Source of the DNA: Eubacterium sp.
Lineage (GTDB): Bacteria > Bacillota > Clostridia > Peptostreptococcales > Anaerovoracaceae
NCBI GenBank assembly: GCA_050946615.1
Contig: JBMNVD010000003.1
Span: 4,177-68,176 of the forward strand
DNA length: 64,000 bases
Reading direction: 5' to 3'
The position numbers were made by a program, and so were the translations under genes. Positions 11,222 to 21,339 of the stretch are shown here, piece after piece; the first letter of the stretch is position 1; the number at the start of each line of letters is the position of its first letter. Under the pieces are notes generated by a model that saw nothing but the letters and a program-made list of their open reading frames with translations, did not search any database and had not been told where the DNA came from.

Positions 11222-11839
11222 CTACTTTTTGAGGTCGAGACCGCGCCCGAATTTGCTTTTGTTCTCCGGCTTCAAACCGTATTTGCCGGTGATGTATTCG
11301 CCTATCTTCTCCATCTCTTCGCGGCTGCCCGAGTACAGTTCGATCTCCATCTCCTGCAGAGGAGCGGATCTGCCGTCGCAGTGTACTTCTCCTGTGTCAA
11401 AAGATAACTCGCAGATGACGTTTCCGTTATCGAGTCTTACCTGCCTGCGCTCAAACTCGGTTGTCATGAGGACGGAAAGTTCCCTCTCTCCTATCATCTG
11501 CTTGAGTTTTTCGTACATAGGGCTTTGCTTGAAGATCTCAACGGTCGGTTCCGACATCTCTTTCTCCGATACCGGAACGTTGTTCTCCTCGCGCTCGTGC
11601 ATACCGCTCTCGCTGTGTCCGTTCCACTTAAGCGTAGCGATATATCTCCTGCCCTCTTTTCTGACACGAAAAGCGACTCTCTCGTGTGTAAGGCGCATAT
11701 CGGCAGTATCAAAATATCGTGATACTATCGGAAAAGTCTCCAGCGAGCCTTCGTCGGTCATCGATTTGATTTCTTCATCGTTGAGGATACTATCTATCTG
11801 CTCGACGCTGTCAAGGCTGTATTTAAGTTCAATCTCCAC
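11222..11839 (-). CDS. CYTH-domain protein (triphosphate tunnel metalloenzyme family)
   Basis: The N-terminal EIELKY signature of CYTH is followed by RYFDT, RVRKEG and EMEIELY strands. I place the start at the in-frame GTG at 11837-11839, preceded by AAGGAG. The longer track ORF overlaps the upstream gene in a repeat-derived frame. Confidence 0.75.
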   Translation of the reverse strand: MEIELKYSLDSVEQIDSILNDEEIKSMTDEGSLETFPIVSRYFDTADMRLTHERVAFRVRKEGRRYIATLKWNGHSESGMHEREENNVPVSEKEMSEPTVEIFKQSPMYEKLKQMIGERELSVLMTTEFERRQVRLDNGNVICELSFDTGEVHCDGRSAPLQEMEIELYSGSREEMEKIGEYITGKYGLKPENKSKFGRGLDLKK

Positions 11840-11885
11840 ACTTTTCTCCTTAAATGATATATGTCTGCGGATGCCGGGAATGGTT

Positions 11886-13499
11886 TTACGCGCCGGTACC
11901 ATCCGAACTTGTATTTGTTGATCCGGAGGCAGTATCTTCTCCGCCGGAACTGCTGCCCGTGTCTCCCTGATCGGAAGTATCTGTTCCGCCACTTCCCGTG
12001 CCGGAGCCGCTCTCACTTCCTGAGCTGCTTCCCGTGCCGGAGCCGCTCTCACTTCCGGAACCGCTTCCCGTGCCGGAGCCGCTCTCACTTCCGGAACCGC
12101 TTCCCGTGCCGGAGCCGCTCTCACTTCCGGAGCTGCTTCCGCTGTCGGAACCGCTCCCGGTTCCTGAGCCGCTTCCGCTGCTCGAGCCGCTGCCGGTGTC
12201 GGAACCGCTCGGATCTGTCGGCGTCGTCGTACCCGTTCCGTCGCTTCCGCTGCTCGAATCGCTCGAATTCGTGTCAGACGGAGTCGTCGTATCTGTCGTA
12301 TCACCGGTATCCGGTTCATCTATGACAGGCGGATTTTCTTCGGTGTCGATTTCCTCTCCGCTCGGTGACGACGTCGATCCCGATACGATAGAGTTTATGG
12401 TATACGAGATTTCCGACAGTGTATCCGTAGGGACGTAGTTTTCCTCGCCAAAAACTTTACTATGGAACTCGACAACATCGCCATAAAGATCGGTAGGGAA
12501 AACGTAAGAGACCGAGTCGAGATATCCGGTCGAAACGCTGTATGGGAACCCTTCCGTACCCGTGACCTTGTATGATGCAAGCCTTGTCACGTACGCGAGT
12601 ATCTCATTATTCGTAAAATTCGTTTCAAGTTCAGGAAACACTTGGTCGATAATGCCGTTTATCTGAGATACTTTCATCGTCTTGAGTTTATCAAGCAGTT
12701 TGGTGACGACTATCCTCATCCTTTCGGTGCGTTTAAAGTCATCGCCGACACCGTATCTCATCCTCCCGTAAGAAACCGCCTGTATCCCGTCGACGTTGTA
12801 TGTCCCCGGAGATTCGATAAGAGTATAATCGCTCTCGCCGATGGCAGCCGCAGTCCCGCGTATACAGACGTTCAGTTCGTCGACCTCATAATCCTCGATA
12901 TCGAGTTCGACTCCTCCTACCGCGTCTATCATATCGACGACGGCCTTGAAATTAAAGAGGAAATACTTGGTTATGTCTAAGTCGAGCGCCTGATTGACGG
13001 TTTTTATCGTCATCTTTGCGCCGCCGTAAGAAAACGCGCTGTTTATCTTGCTGTAAGTCGATGTATCTCCGAGCTTCATCAGAGTGTCCCTGTAGATCGA
13101 CGTAAGATAAATATCGCGCGTGTCTTCATTGATGCTCACGACTATGATGCAGTCGGTCCTCGACCCTGAATCGTCGGACATGTCTCTGGAGTCGGTACCG
13201 AGAAGCAGAATATTGGTGAAACCGTGTATCTCTACTTCCGCGACTTCTTCCTCTACGATAGTATCGGTTGATTTATTGATTTTATTGAGTTTCGAATTGA
13301 TATATGCATAAGCCGCCGCTGCACTTCCGACCGCGACAATAATAACAATGATCAAAACTTTCTGCCAAGTCTTGAGATTGATTTTCCTTTTGCCGTTTTT
13401 TGCAGCCTTCGCGGCTTTTTTCGCTTCTTTCGCGGCTTTTTTCGCAGCCTTGCGTTCTTCAGCCTCGCGAACGTGTCTATCTACTCTGTTCATCGGCAC
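11886..13499 (-). CDS. LytR-CpsA-Psr (LCP) family cell-envelope transferase with Ser/Gly/Thr-rich C-terminal tail
   Basis: It has a basic N-terminus, a single TM segment and the LCP motif ILLLGTDSRD. The C-terminal ~150 aa are low-complexity GSGS(E/D)SGSGTGS repeats. Confidence 0.85.
   Translation of the reverse strand: MPMNRVDRHVREAEERKAAKKAAKEAKKAAKAAKNGKRKINLKTWQKVLIIVIIVAVGSAAAAYAYINSKLNKINKSTDTIVEEEVAEVEIHGFTNILLLGTDSRDMSDDSGSRTDCIIVVSINEDTRDIYLTSIYRDTLMKLGDTSTYSKINSAFSYGGAKMTIKTVNQALDLDITKYFLFNFKAVVDMIDAVGGVELDIEDYEVDELNVCIRGTAAAIGESDYTLIESPGTYNVDGIQAVSYGRMRYGVGDDFKRTERMRIVVTKLLDKLKTMKVSQINGIIDQVFPELETNFTNNEILAYVTRLASYKVTGTEGFPYSVSTGYLDSVSYVFPTDLYGDVVEFHSKVFGEENYVPTDTLSEISYTINSIVSGSTSSPSGEEIDTEENPPVIDEPDTGDTTDTTTPSDTNSSDSSSGSDGTGTTTPTDPSGSDTGSGSSSGSGSGTGSGSDSGSSSGSESGSGTGSGSGSESGSGTGSGSGSESGSGTGSSSGSESGSGTGSGGTDTSDQGDTGSSSGGEDTASGSTNTSSDGTGA
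11992..12210. repeat. 36-bp tandem repeat inside the LCP gene 3' region
   Basis: Four near-perfect copies of CTTCCCGTGCCGGAGCCGCTCTCACTTCCGGAACCG span 11992-12135. Degenerate copies follow. The repeat encodes the GSGSESGSGTGS units. Confidence 0.9.
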
Positions 13500-13659
13500 C
13501 CCTTGTTATCTGACCCTTCATAACCTATTAATATTATCATCGCGGTAAATATTTGTAAATGAAAAAAGTATATATACCTATGATACTGCGCGATATGGTA
13601 TATTATTTTAAGCAAAATATACCACTGCGGTCACCAGATGACAGTTAGAATCGAAAATC

Positions 13660-14271
13660 ATGTCAAAAACTATTTTGTTGGCGTCTTCTTCTCCGAGGCG
13701 CATCGAATTGACGAAAAGAGCCGGATTCGAACCAATAGTAATACGTCCGGAAGTTTCGGAAAATCTTCCCGATCCCATCTCTCCGCGCGACGCGGTAATG
13801 CTGCTCTCATTGCGAAAGGCGCTCTCGGTAAAAGATAAACTGACTGGAACAGAAAACAGTTTCACAAGTGTCCCCGCTCCTGACATTCCGCTCATAATTG
13901 CAGCGGATACTGTTGTTTACGAAAATAGTATTCTCGGTAAACCGACGGACAAATCAGATGCTGAACGCATGCTTATGTCGCTGGCCGGCACGAGCCATCT
14001 CGTGCTGACCGGTGTGACGATTTCAGATATGACAAAGGACCATACCGAGACGTTCTGCGAAATAACAAAAGTATTTTTCAAGCAATACACAGCAGCGGAC
14101 TTAAAAGACTATCTCGATACCACTGAGGCATACGACAAAGCAGGCGCTTACGCAATACAAGGCTGGTTTTCCCGCTATGTCGACCACATCGAAGGAGATT
14201 ATGACAATGTAGTCGGTCTGCCTGTCGCCAGAGTCATAGACACTATCGGGAAATTCAACATTAATAAATAG
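13660..14271 (+). CDS. maf: Maf-like nucleoside triphosphate pyrophosphatase (septum formation protein Maf)
   Basis: The N-terminal LLASSSPRRIELT and C-terminal GAYAIQG motifs are present. Length is 203 aa. Confidence 0.9.
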   Translation: MSKTILLASSSPRRIELTKRAGFEPIVIRPEVSENLPDPISPRDAVMLLSLRKALSVKDKLTGTENSFTSVPAPDIPLIIAADTVVYENSILGKPTDKSDAERMLMSLAGTSHLVLTGVTISDMTKDHTETFCEITKVFFKQYTAADLKDYLDTTEAYDKAGAYAIQGWFSRYVDHIEGDYDNVVGLPVARVIDTIGKFNINK

Positions 14272-14328
14272 CAAAAAGCGTCGCAGGTTTCAATAATTCC
14301 AACAATATCTCAAAATGCAGCTAACATT

Positions 14329-14369
14329 AAAGCACCCGCCTCCGAAAAGATGGAGACGGGTGCTTTTTA
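14329..14369. terminator. Bidirectional rho-independent terminator between convergent maf and etfA
   Basis: The stem AGCACCCG/CGGGTGCT is flanked by an A-run upstream and a T-run downstream. Confidence 0.7.
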
Positions 14370-14385
14370 ATGCATTTGCATGGAC

Positions 14386-15492
14386 TTATTTTGCTGCGTC
14401 AGCGAGATCTTCAGCCTTATCCCAGACTTCCATGATTTCAGGGATAACTTTATAGAGGTCGCCTACGATGCCGTAGTCAGCAACTTCGAAGATCGGTGCG
14501 TCAGGATCTTTGTTGATAGCGACGATCGTCTTGGAGTTCTGCATACCTGCGAGGTGCTGAATAGCGCCGGAGATTCCGCATGCGAAGTAGATGTCAGGCT
14601 TTACCGTGGTGCCCGTCTGACCTACCTGATGGCTGTGATCGATCCATCCGGAGTCGACTGCTGCACGGGATGCTCCTACAACTCCGCCGACCTTGTCAGC
14701 GAATTTCTGCATAAGCTCGAATCCCTTTGCGTCGCCGAGTCCGCGGCCGCCCGAGCAGATGATCTTTGCATCTGTGAGGGAAACCTGTTCCTTTGTGGAT
14801 TTAACGATGTCGAGGATCTTTACTCTGATATCGGATTCCTGAAGATCGATATCATTCATTCTGATGACCTCACCCGTTGCGCCAGGTTTTCTCTCGAGTT
14901 TCTGCATAACGCCAGGTCTTACTGTAGACATCTGAGGTCTTGAAGTAGGGCTGACGATGGTGGCCATGAGGTTGCCGCCGAATGCAGGACGTGTCATCTT
15001 CAGCTTCGTGTCAGGATCGTTAGGATCGAGCGTGGAAGTGTCGAGCGTCGTGTTCTTGTTTGCGAAGTCGATGTATTTGTCGACTTTGATGTCGAGGTGT
15101 GTGCAGTCTGCGGTGAGACCTACGTTAGCGCGGCCCGCTACACGAGGAGCGAGGTCACGGCCGATGTTCGTAGCGCCGTAGAGAATGATCTCAGGTTTAT
15201 ATTCGCGGATAGCCTGAGTGATGACCTTTGTATAAGCGTCGGTCGTATAGTCCTTAAGAAGCGGATGCTCTACAACGTAGACCATGTCTGCGCCGTACTC
15301 AAAGCATTCCTGTGCGAGCTGTTCGACTTTGTCGCCGACGAGAAGTGCAGCGACTTTCGCATCAGGTCCGAGGTCTCTCGAAAGCCTGTGTCCTTCGCCG
15401 ATGAGCTCCAGAGCAACGTTCATGAGTTTGCCATCGCGCTGCTCCGCGAAAACCCATACATTTTTATATTCGGAAAAATTAACTTCTGCCAT
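14386..15492 (-). CDS. etfA: Electron transfer flavoprotein subunit alpha
   Basis: The C-terminal FAD-binding region [17 protein letters not shown] is typical of EtfA. The gene follows etfB and an acyl-CoA dehydrogenase gene. Confidence 0.9.
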   Translation of the reverse strand: MAEVNFSEYKNVWVFAEQRDGKLMNVALELIGEGHRLSRDLGPDAKVAALLVGDKVEQLAQECFEYGADMVYVVEHPLLKDYTTDAYTKVITQAIREYKPEIILYGATNIGRDLAPRVAGRANVGLTADCTHLDIKVDKYIDFANKNTTLDTSTLDPNDPDTKLKMTRPAFGGNLMATIVSPTSRPQMSTVRPGVMQKLERKPGATGEVIRMNDIDLQESDIRVKILDIVKSTKEQVSLTDAKIICSGGRGLGDAKGFELMQKFADKVGGVVGASRAAVDSGWIDHSHQVGQTGTTVKPDIYFACGISGAIQHLAGMQNSKTIVAINKDPDAPIFEVADYGIVGDLYKVIPEIMEVWDKAEDLADAAK

Positions 15493-15503
15493 TTTGATCC
15501 TCC

Positions 15504-16301
15504 TTAGATGATGTGTTTCTTCTTCAGAGCGATGACGAGTTCTTCGGCAACTTCTTTCTCGGTGTCGCCTTCAAGCATCGTGCCCTTTCCCTTTGGCTTC
15601 GGGGTGAACGAACGGAATACGTTCGTAGGGGAAGCCTTAAGTCCGACTGTTCCGAGGTCTACGCCGATATCTGCGGCATTCCAAACCGTGATGTTCTTCT
15701 CGGTGTTGAAGATGCCCTTCATGTTCATATATCTCGGAGTGTTGAGTTCTTTCGTGCATGTGAGCATGCAAGGGATAGGTGCCTCGATGACTTCGTATCC
15801 GTCTTCGAGCTGTCTCTCAACGGTGACTTTCGTCTTGTCAGCGCTGAGTTCGCACTTCTGAACATATGTTACCTGCGGGAGGTGAAGTTTTTCCGCGATC
15901 TGAGGTCCTACCTGAGCGGTATCTCCATCGATAGCCTGTCTGCCGCCGATGATCAGATCGTACTTGCCGTACTTTTTGATAGTTGCGGTAATGGCGTTGG
16001 AAGTAGCCCATGTATCGGATCCGCCGACTGCTCTGTCGGAGAGGAGGATCGCTTCGTCAGCGCCCATCGCGATGCATTCGAAAAGCATATCCTGCGCCTG
16101 AGGAGGCCCCATCGAAATAACTGCTACGTGTACATTGTCAGGATCGGAATCCTTGATTTTAAGTGCTTCTTCGAGAGCGTTAGCGTCGTCAGGATTGAGG
16201 ATGCTTGGAACGCCGTCTCTGATAAGAGCACCGGTTTCCGGGTTGACTTTGATTTCTGTGGTATCCGGAACCTGTTTAGCGCATACAACAATATTGAACA
16301 T
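15504..16301 (-). CDS. etfB: Electron transfer flavoprotein subunit beta
   Basis: The N-terminus has the EtfB-typical [11 protein letters not shown]. Length is 265 aa, between bcd and etfA. Confidence 0.9.
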   Translation of the reverse strand: MFNIVVCAKQVPDTTEIKVNPETGALIRDGVPSILNPDDANALEEALKIKDSDPDNVHVAVISMGPPQAQDMLFECIAMGADEAILLSDRAVGGSDTWATSNAITATIKKYGKYDLIIGGRQAIDGDTAQVGPQIAEKLHLPQVTYVQKCELSADKTKVTVERQLEDGYEVIEAPIPCMLTCTKELNTPRYMNMKGIFNTEKNITVWNAADIGVDLGTVGLKASPTNVFRSFTPKPKGKGTMLEGDTEKEVAEELVIALKKKHII

Positions 16302-16319
16302 TACCTAATCCTCCTTATC

Positions 16320-17462
16320 CTATTTACGCAGAAGCGAGTTGGAAATGACGATTCTCTGGACTTCGGAAGTACCTTCGTAGATTTCCGTAATCTTTGCGTC
16401 TCTCATCATTCTCTCTACCGGGTAGTCTTTGGTGTAGCCGTAGCCGCCGTGAAGCTGTACGCACTTATTCGTTACGTAACTTGCCGTCTCGGCTGCGTAG
16501 AGTTTAGCCATTGCTGCAGGAACGGTGTAGGAAATGCCCTGATCTTCGCAGAACGCCGCTTTGTAGACGAGGAGTTTGGAAGCTTCGATCCTCGTAGCGA
16601 GGTCAGCGACTACAAACTGAAGTGCCTGCATCTGAGAAAGTTTCTTTCCGAACTGTTTTCTCTGTTTCATGTAGTCAATGGTTACTTCAAGAGCGCCTTC
16701 GGCAATGCCGAGTGCCTGCGAAGCGATACCGATACGGCCGCCGTCGAGCGTGCTCATTGCAACCTTGAATCCTTTGCCCTGCTGGCCGAGAAGTCTGTCT
16801 TTAGGGATCCTGCAGTTCTGGAAGATAAGTTCTGTCGTCGATGAAGCGCTGATACCCATCTTATCTTCGGTCTTGCCGATCGAGAAACCAGGGTCTGTCT
16901 TTTCGACGATGAACGAGCTGATTCCGTGGTTTCCGAGAGATTTATCCGTCATCGCCATGATTACGAATACGTTAGCGTATCCGCCGTTGGTGATGAAGCA
17001 CTTTGCACCGTTGAGGACCCATTCGTCTCCGTCGAGCACGGCTCTCGTCTGCTGGCCGGATGCATCAGTACCGGCGTTAGGCTCTGTGAGACCGAACGCT
17101 CCGAGTTTTTTGCCTGAGAGCAGATCAGGCAGATATTTCATCTTCTGCTCTTCTGTGCCGTATTTATAGATCGGCCAGCAGCAGAGTGATGTGTGAGCTG
17201 ATACGATAACAGCCGTGGATGCGCAGACCTTAGCGAGTTCTTCGATCGTGATCGCATAAGAAACTTCGTCTCCGCCGGCTCCGCCGTACTTTGTAGGGAA
17301 AGGAATACCCATCATGCCGTACTTTGCCATTTTCTCAACAGTCTCAGTCGGGAAACGGTGCGTCTGGTCGATGTCCGCTGCCAAAGGTTCAACTTCGGTC
17401 TTTGCGAACGCTCTTACCATTTTCTGTACGAATTCCTGTTCCTTCGTCAGTTGAAAGTTCAT
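16320..17462 (-). CDS. bcd: Acyl-CoA dehydrogenase (butyryl-CoA dehydrogenase type)
   Basis: The 380-aa protein carries acyl-CoA dehydrogenase signatures (GLTEPNAGTDA, QLHGGYGYTKDYPVERMMRDAKITEIYEGTSE). The bcd-etfBA arrangement is typical of butyrate-forming Clostridia. Confidence 0.9.
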   Translation of the reverse strand: MNFQLTKEQEFVQKMVRAFAKTEVEPLAADIDQTHRFPTETVEKMAKYGMMGIPFPTKYGGAGGDEVSYAITIEELAKVCASTAVIVSAHTSLCCWPIYKYGTEEQKMKYLPDLLSGKKLGAFGLTEPNAGTDASGQQTRAVLDGDEWVLNGAKCFITNGGYANVFVIMAMTDKSLGNHGISSFIVEKTDPGFSIGKTEDKMGISASSTTELIFQNCRIPKDRLLGQQGKGFKVAMSTLDGGRIGIASQALGIAEGALEVTIDYMKQRKQFGKKLSQMQALQFVVADLATRIEASKLLVYKAAFCEDQGISYTVPAAMAKLYAAETASYVTNKCVQLHGGYGYTKDYPVERMMRDAKITEIYEGTSEVQRIVISNSLLRK

Positions 17463-17539
17463 GTAAATGCCTCCTTAAAATATTGTGACTGCCCTTTCGC
17501 AGAATGACAGCCTATACCGTTTTAGGACTTGCAAAGTCC

Positions 17540-17557
17540 TTGTTATAAAAATAACAG
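17540..17557. promoter_or_regulatory. Candidate Rex operator upstream of bcd
   Basis: TTGTTATAAAAATAACAG is an inverted repeat TGTTAT-N4-ATAACA. It closely resembles the clostridial Rex consensus TTGTTAA-N4-TTAACAA and lies about 80 nt upstream of the bcd start. Confidence 0.45.
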
Positions 17558-17655
17558 CATACGTATATATCTAATCACATTTTGCGGTCCAATGCAACCG
17601 GAAAAAACGCGAATTCACTTATTTTTCACGCTTTGCAAACTGCGCACATTTCGGT

Positions 17656-18300
17656 TCACCGAGCGTCCTCATACGGCTCCAAATCTACAAATATTTCGCG
17701 ATGTTCGATTTTCGCTTTTCCCGCCGTCGCGTCGCGTATGACCGCTGCAAAACGCTCCGAATCTTCGGCACCGCAGATCAGCTCAAACGATACCGATGTG
17801 CCGTATTCCTCGTGCCTGATATCCGCTCCTGCCAAAGCCTTTGTCCGCTTGAGCCTGCCGAAATCGGAATAATCGCATGAAACGAACAGCCTGTCCTTTC
17901 TGACTGCCAAAGCCTTACCCGCGGCATCAAGCGCAAGAGCGGCTGCCTCAGAATAGGCACGTGAAAGACCTCCCGTACCGAGCTTTTTCCCTCCGAAATA
18001 TCTCGTTACTACTATCGCCGTGAACGTCAGGCCCCTGTTCTCTATTATCCTGAGCACCTGCGCTCCGGCCGTTCCCGGAGGTTCACCGTCGTCTGAAGCC
18101 ATTTTTATTTCTGATTTTTCGCCCACGACAAAAGCGGGAACGTTGTGTGTCGCATCGCGGTATTTTTCCCGCACGGATGCGATGAAACGTTCCGCGTCTT
18201 CCCTTCCTTCGACGTGGGCCGCCGCAGCGATGAATTTAGAGCGCTCGACCGTTATTTCAGCTTTTGCTTGTTTTGCCGCTGTAAAATAGAGTGTTTCCAT
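17656..18300 (-). CDS. yigZ: YigZ/IMPACT family protein
   Basis: The N-terminal EITVERSKFIA and the later DATHNVPAFVVG and DDGEPPGTAG motifs are typical of the UPF0029/YigZ family. Length is 214 aa. Confidence 0.8.
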   Translation of the reverse strand: METLYFTAAKQAKAEITVERSKFIAAAAHVEGREDAERFIASVREKYRDATHNVPAFVVGEKSEIKMASDDGEPPGTAGAQVLRIIENRGLTFTAIVVTRYFGGKKLGTGGLSRAYSEAAALALDAAGKALAVRKDRLFVSCDYSDFGRLKRTKALAGADIRHEEYGTSVSFELICGAEDSERFAAVIRDATAGKAKIEHREIFVDLEPYEDAR

Positions 18301-18347
18301 GAGAAAAAACCGTCCGCAGCAATTACCGCGGGCGGTATAGGTTCGAT

Positions 18348-19130
18348 CTAAAGTTCGAAGTTTTTGAGTTCTTCCTTGAGATATTTGTTGATGATCCTGA
18401 TGTGTGTGCCCTTCATCCCGAGTGATCTGGATTCGATTATCCCTGCGCTCTCGAGTTTGCGCAGCGAATTCGGGATCACAGAACGCGTGATACCTGTCTG
18501 ATCGGCTATCTTGCTGGCGACGAGCAGACCTTCATCGCCTTCGATGGAGCCGATGACATGCTTTGTCGCTTCCAGTTCAGAATACGAAAGAGTCCTGAGA
18601 GCCTTTCTGACTGTTAAACGCTGACGCTGCTCCGCCGCCTCTTCCGCTGCGATACCGCGGCGTACTTCGATTCCGACCACCGTGGAGCCGTATTCGCATA
18701 TAGCGATATCTTCCGTAGAGAACTCTCCGCTGCTGCGAGCAAAAACGAGCGTCGCGATTCTCCTGTCTCCGGCGATCACAGGGACGATGGTGTGATATTT
18801 TGATGTCATCTTATAGTTGCTGCCGAGAATTTCTTTGATCTTCTCCCCGCGTAAGTTTTCGATAGTCGCTTCGATAGCGAGAAGTTTATCGTTGTACTCG
18901 TCCGGAAGAACGTATTTTTTCGTCTCTTCATCGAAATACAGCGGAGCCTCTTCTCCCTCGTCGAATCTTGCAGCCAGGACCTTTCCCCGTCTGTTGATGA
19001 CATAGACGTTGCAATCGAGCATGTCATATAGGAAACTGCAAAGTTCCGCAAATGAAACATTCCCGTCCGTCGTCCTCAGCAGCATTTTATCCAAGGCCCT
19101 GATCTCGGAAATCAAATCTCCCTTCTTCAT
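18348..19130 (-). CDS. codY: GTP-sensing pleiotropic transcriptional repressor CodY
   Basis: The C-terminal wHTH ASKIADQTGITRSVIPNSLRKLESAGIIESRSLGMKGT is highly CodY-specific. The start is trimmed to the ATG at 19128-19130 (MKKGDL), preceded by GGAAGAGG, giving a typical 260 aa. Confidence 0.9.
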   Translation of the reverse strand: MKKGDLISEIRALDKMLLRTTDGNVSFAELCSFLYDMLDCNVYVINRRGKVLAARFDEGEEAPLYFDEETKKYVLPDEYNDKLLAIEATIENLRGEKIKEILGSNYKMTSKYHTIVPVIAGDRRIATLVFARSSGEFSTEDIAICEYGSTVVGIEVRRGIAAEEAAEQRQRLTVRKALRTLSYSELEATKHVIGSIEGDEGLLVASKIADQTGITRSVIPNSLRKLESAGIIESRSLGMKGTHIRIINKYLKEELKNFEL

Positions 19131-19177
19131 TGTTGCACCTCTTCCTGTTTCTCTAATCTCAATCAATGTGTTCTGGA

Positions 19178-20626
19178 TTATAAAACATATTTATCAACAT
19201 CCTCTTTCGAAATGGTTTCTCCGAATCTGCTGACAACATAATCCTTGTCGATGACAAGAGGCTCGCCGTTTGTGTCAGGGGTGTCGTATGAAACGTCTTC
19301 GAGGAGTTTTTCCATTATCGTATGGAGTCTTCTTGCTCCGATGTTTTCCGTCTGCTCGTTCATCAAATAAGCCAGTTCGGCTATCTCGTCGACGGCATCG
19401 TCGGTAAATTCGAGTTTGATGCCTTCTGTCGCGAGCAAAGCCTGATTCTGTTTTATCAGAGCATTCTCCGGTTCGGTGAGTATCCTTATGAAGTCATTTT
19501 TTGTGAGGCTCTTAAGTTCAACTCTTACCGGGAAACGTCCCTGAAGTTCAGGGATGAGGTCAGTCGGCTTCGTCATGCTGAAAGCGCCTGCGCCGATGAA
19601 CAGAATATGATCTGTCTTCAGCGGGCCGTATTTGGTGTTTACGACGCTGCCTTCGACTATAGGAAGAATGTCTCTCTGTACGCCTTCGCGGGAAACGTCG
19701 ACACCTGAGCCGTATGCAGAATCGTTTGCTATCTTGTCGATTTCATCGATAAAGATGATACCGTTCTGCTCGGCATTTTCGAGCGCTTCATCGGTGACCT
19801 GCTCCATATCGATGAGTTTCGCCGCCTCCTGATCGCGCAGTATCTTTCTGGCCTCGCTTACTTTTACGCGGCGCGTCTTTGTTCTCTCAGGCATCATCCC
19901 GCCAAAGATGTTTCCGATGGCGATGCTCATGCCTTCGTTGCTCATATCGAGCTGATTGCCCTTAGGCGTATCTGTCACTTCGATTTCAATATATTCATCC
20001 TCGAGCAATCCCTGTTTCAACTGCTGACGGACCTGATCTCTTGCCATAGCGACATTCGAGTCGGTTTTTTCTTCCTGAGTAAGCTGAGGCTGCTGCTGTT
20101 GCTGCTGACCGTTCATCATATTGTTCAGGAAGTTGTTCAAATTGTTTACGTCGTAAGGATTTGTCCTGTTCTGCGAAGAATTCTGCTGTTTGTTTTTTTT
20201 GCTCGGCACAAGAGCCGCAACGATCTTGTTCTCCGCTATCTGGTCTGCGATATCGTATTTTTCTTTCAGTTTGGACTGTTTTGTTATCCTGACGGATGCT
20301 TCGGCCAAATCGCGGACCATCGAATCGACGTCGCGGCCGACATAGCCGACTTCGGTGAATTTCGTGGCTTCGACCTTAACAAAAGGCGCATCCATCAGTT
20401 TCGCGAGCCTCCGGGCGATTTCGGTCTTACCGCATCCTGTAGGCCCCATCATGAGGATGTTCTTCGGTTTGATTTCTTCCTTCATTTCATCAGGAAGCAT
20501 CGATCTTCTGTATCTGTTGCGCAACGCGACGGCTACGGATTTTTTTGCGTCGTCCTGACCGATGATGTATTTATCCAGTTCAGCGACTATCTCTTTAGGT
20601 GTCATCTGTTTTAATTTGTTTGCCAT
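19178..20626 (-). CDS. hslU: ATP-dependent protease ATPase subunit HslU
   Basis: The N-terminus TPKEIVAELDKYIIGQDDAKK, Walker [16 protein letters not shown] and Walker B GIIFIDEIDKI are present. The I-domain contains an Asn/Gln-rich insert with QQQQQQPQ. Confidence 0.95.
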   Translation of the reverse strand: MANKLKQMTPKEIVAELDKYIIGQDDAKKSVAVALRNRYRRSMLPDEMKEEIKPKNILMMGPTGCGKTEIARRLAKLMDAPFVKVEATKFTEVGYVGRDVDSMVRDLAEASVRITKQSKLKEKYDIADQIAENKIVAALVPSKKNKQQNSSQNRTNPYDVNNLNNFLNNMMNGQQQQQQPQLTQEEKTDSNVAMARDQVRQQLKQGLLEDEYIEIEVTDTPKGNQLDMSNEGMSIAIGNIFGGMMPERTKTRRVKVSEARKILRDQEAAKLIDMEQVTDEALENAEQNGIIFIDEIDKIANDSAYGSGVDVSREGVQRDILPIVEGSVVNTKYGPLKTDHILFIGAGAFSMTKPTDLIPELQGRFPVRVELKSLTKNDFIRILTEPENALIKQNQALLATEGIKLEFTDDAVDEIAELAYLMNEQTENIGARRLHTIMEKLLEDVSYDTPDTNGEPLVIDKDYVVSRFGETISKEDVDKYVL

Positions 20627-20635
20627 AGATGCCTC

Positions 20636-21172
20636 CTACAGTTTCTCAACAGTAATGTTGCTGTTCGTATAGACGCATATCGAAGACGCTATTTTCAGCG
20701 ACTCTTTCACTATCGAGGCCGCGTCCATATCGGTATGATTGTAGAGTGCGTTTGCGGCGGAATAAGCAAAATTCCCGCCTGAACCTATCGCTACGAAATT
20801 CTCGTCCGGCTCGATGACTTCACCGTTTCCGGAGAGGACGAGCATGTCGTCTCTGTCCGCCACGATCATAAGCGCCTCGAGGTTCCTCATGCCCCTGTCG
20901 CTCCTCCAGAGCTGCGCGAGATCGACTGCGGCGCGCCTCAGGTTGCCGCCGTGTTCCTCTAATTTCTTTTCAAATTTTTCAGTGAGTGTAAAAGCGTCAG
21001 CGACCGATCCGGCAAAACCGATGAGGACTTTGCCGTCATAGATCTTCTTTACTTTCTTCGCACCGTTTTTCATTATCGTGGTCTCACCCATCGTGACCTG
21101 CCCGTCTCCGCCGATGGCGACGTCGTCAGGTCCGCGTTTGACCGCACAAATCGTTGTCGCGTGTAATTGCAC
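20636..21172 (-). CDS. hslV: ATP-dependent protease subunit HslV
   Basis: The 178-aa protein has the N-terminal TTICAV (catalytic Thr after processing) and GSGGNFA. It uses a GTG start preceded by AGGAGG. Confidence 0.9.
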   Translation of the reverse strand: MQLHATTICAVKRGPDDVAIGGDGQVTMGETTIMKNGAKKVKKIYDGKVLIGFAGSVADAFTLTEKFEKKLEEHGGNLRRAAVDLAQLWRSDRGMRNLEALMIVADRDDMLVLSGNGEVIEPDENFVAIGSGGNFAYSAANALYNHTDMDAASIVKESLKIASSICVYTNSNITVEKL

Positions 21173-21339
21173 TTTTTTCCTCCTGTTCCGCTGTCAGCGG
21201 AATATTTCTCTTTTTTATACCAAAACTAAAGCGTTACAAAAGTTGTCATTTTTAACGCTTTTTTAAAGTCTCTATTAAAATATACACACAATAAATGACA
21301 ATTAAGTGAAATTATTATGTCTTTTTATAAATACTGTGA

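Noticed and set aside
11840-12319. A Pro/Ala/Arg/Glu-repeat N-terminal extension of the CYTH ORF (AAPAREAVPEVR units)
   Set aside because: It is an alternative-frame reading of the 36-bp tandem repeat inside the LCP gene. The CYTH domain starts at a GTG with a good AAGGAG RBS, right after the LCP stop.
15513-16844. A 443-aa plus-strand ORF spanning etfB and bcd
   Set aside because: It is codon-aligned antisense to two clearly real minus-strand genes and crosses their intergenic gap. Its composition is junk-like. The same explanation applies as for the pnp antisense ORF, and also to 7446-8198 opposite clpX and 48407-49225 opposite ileS.
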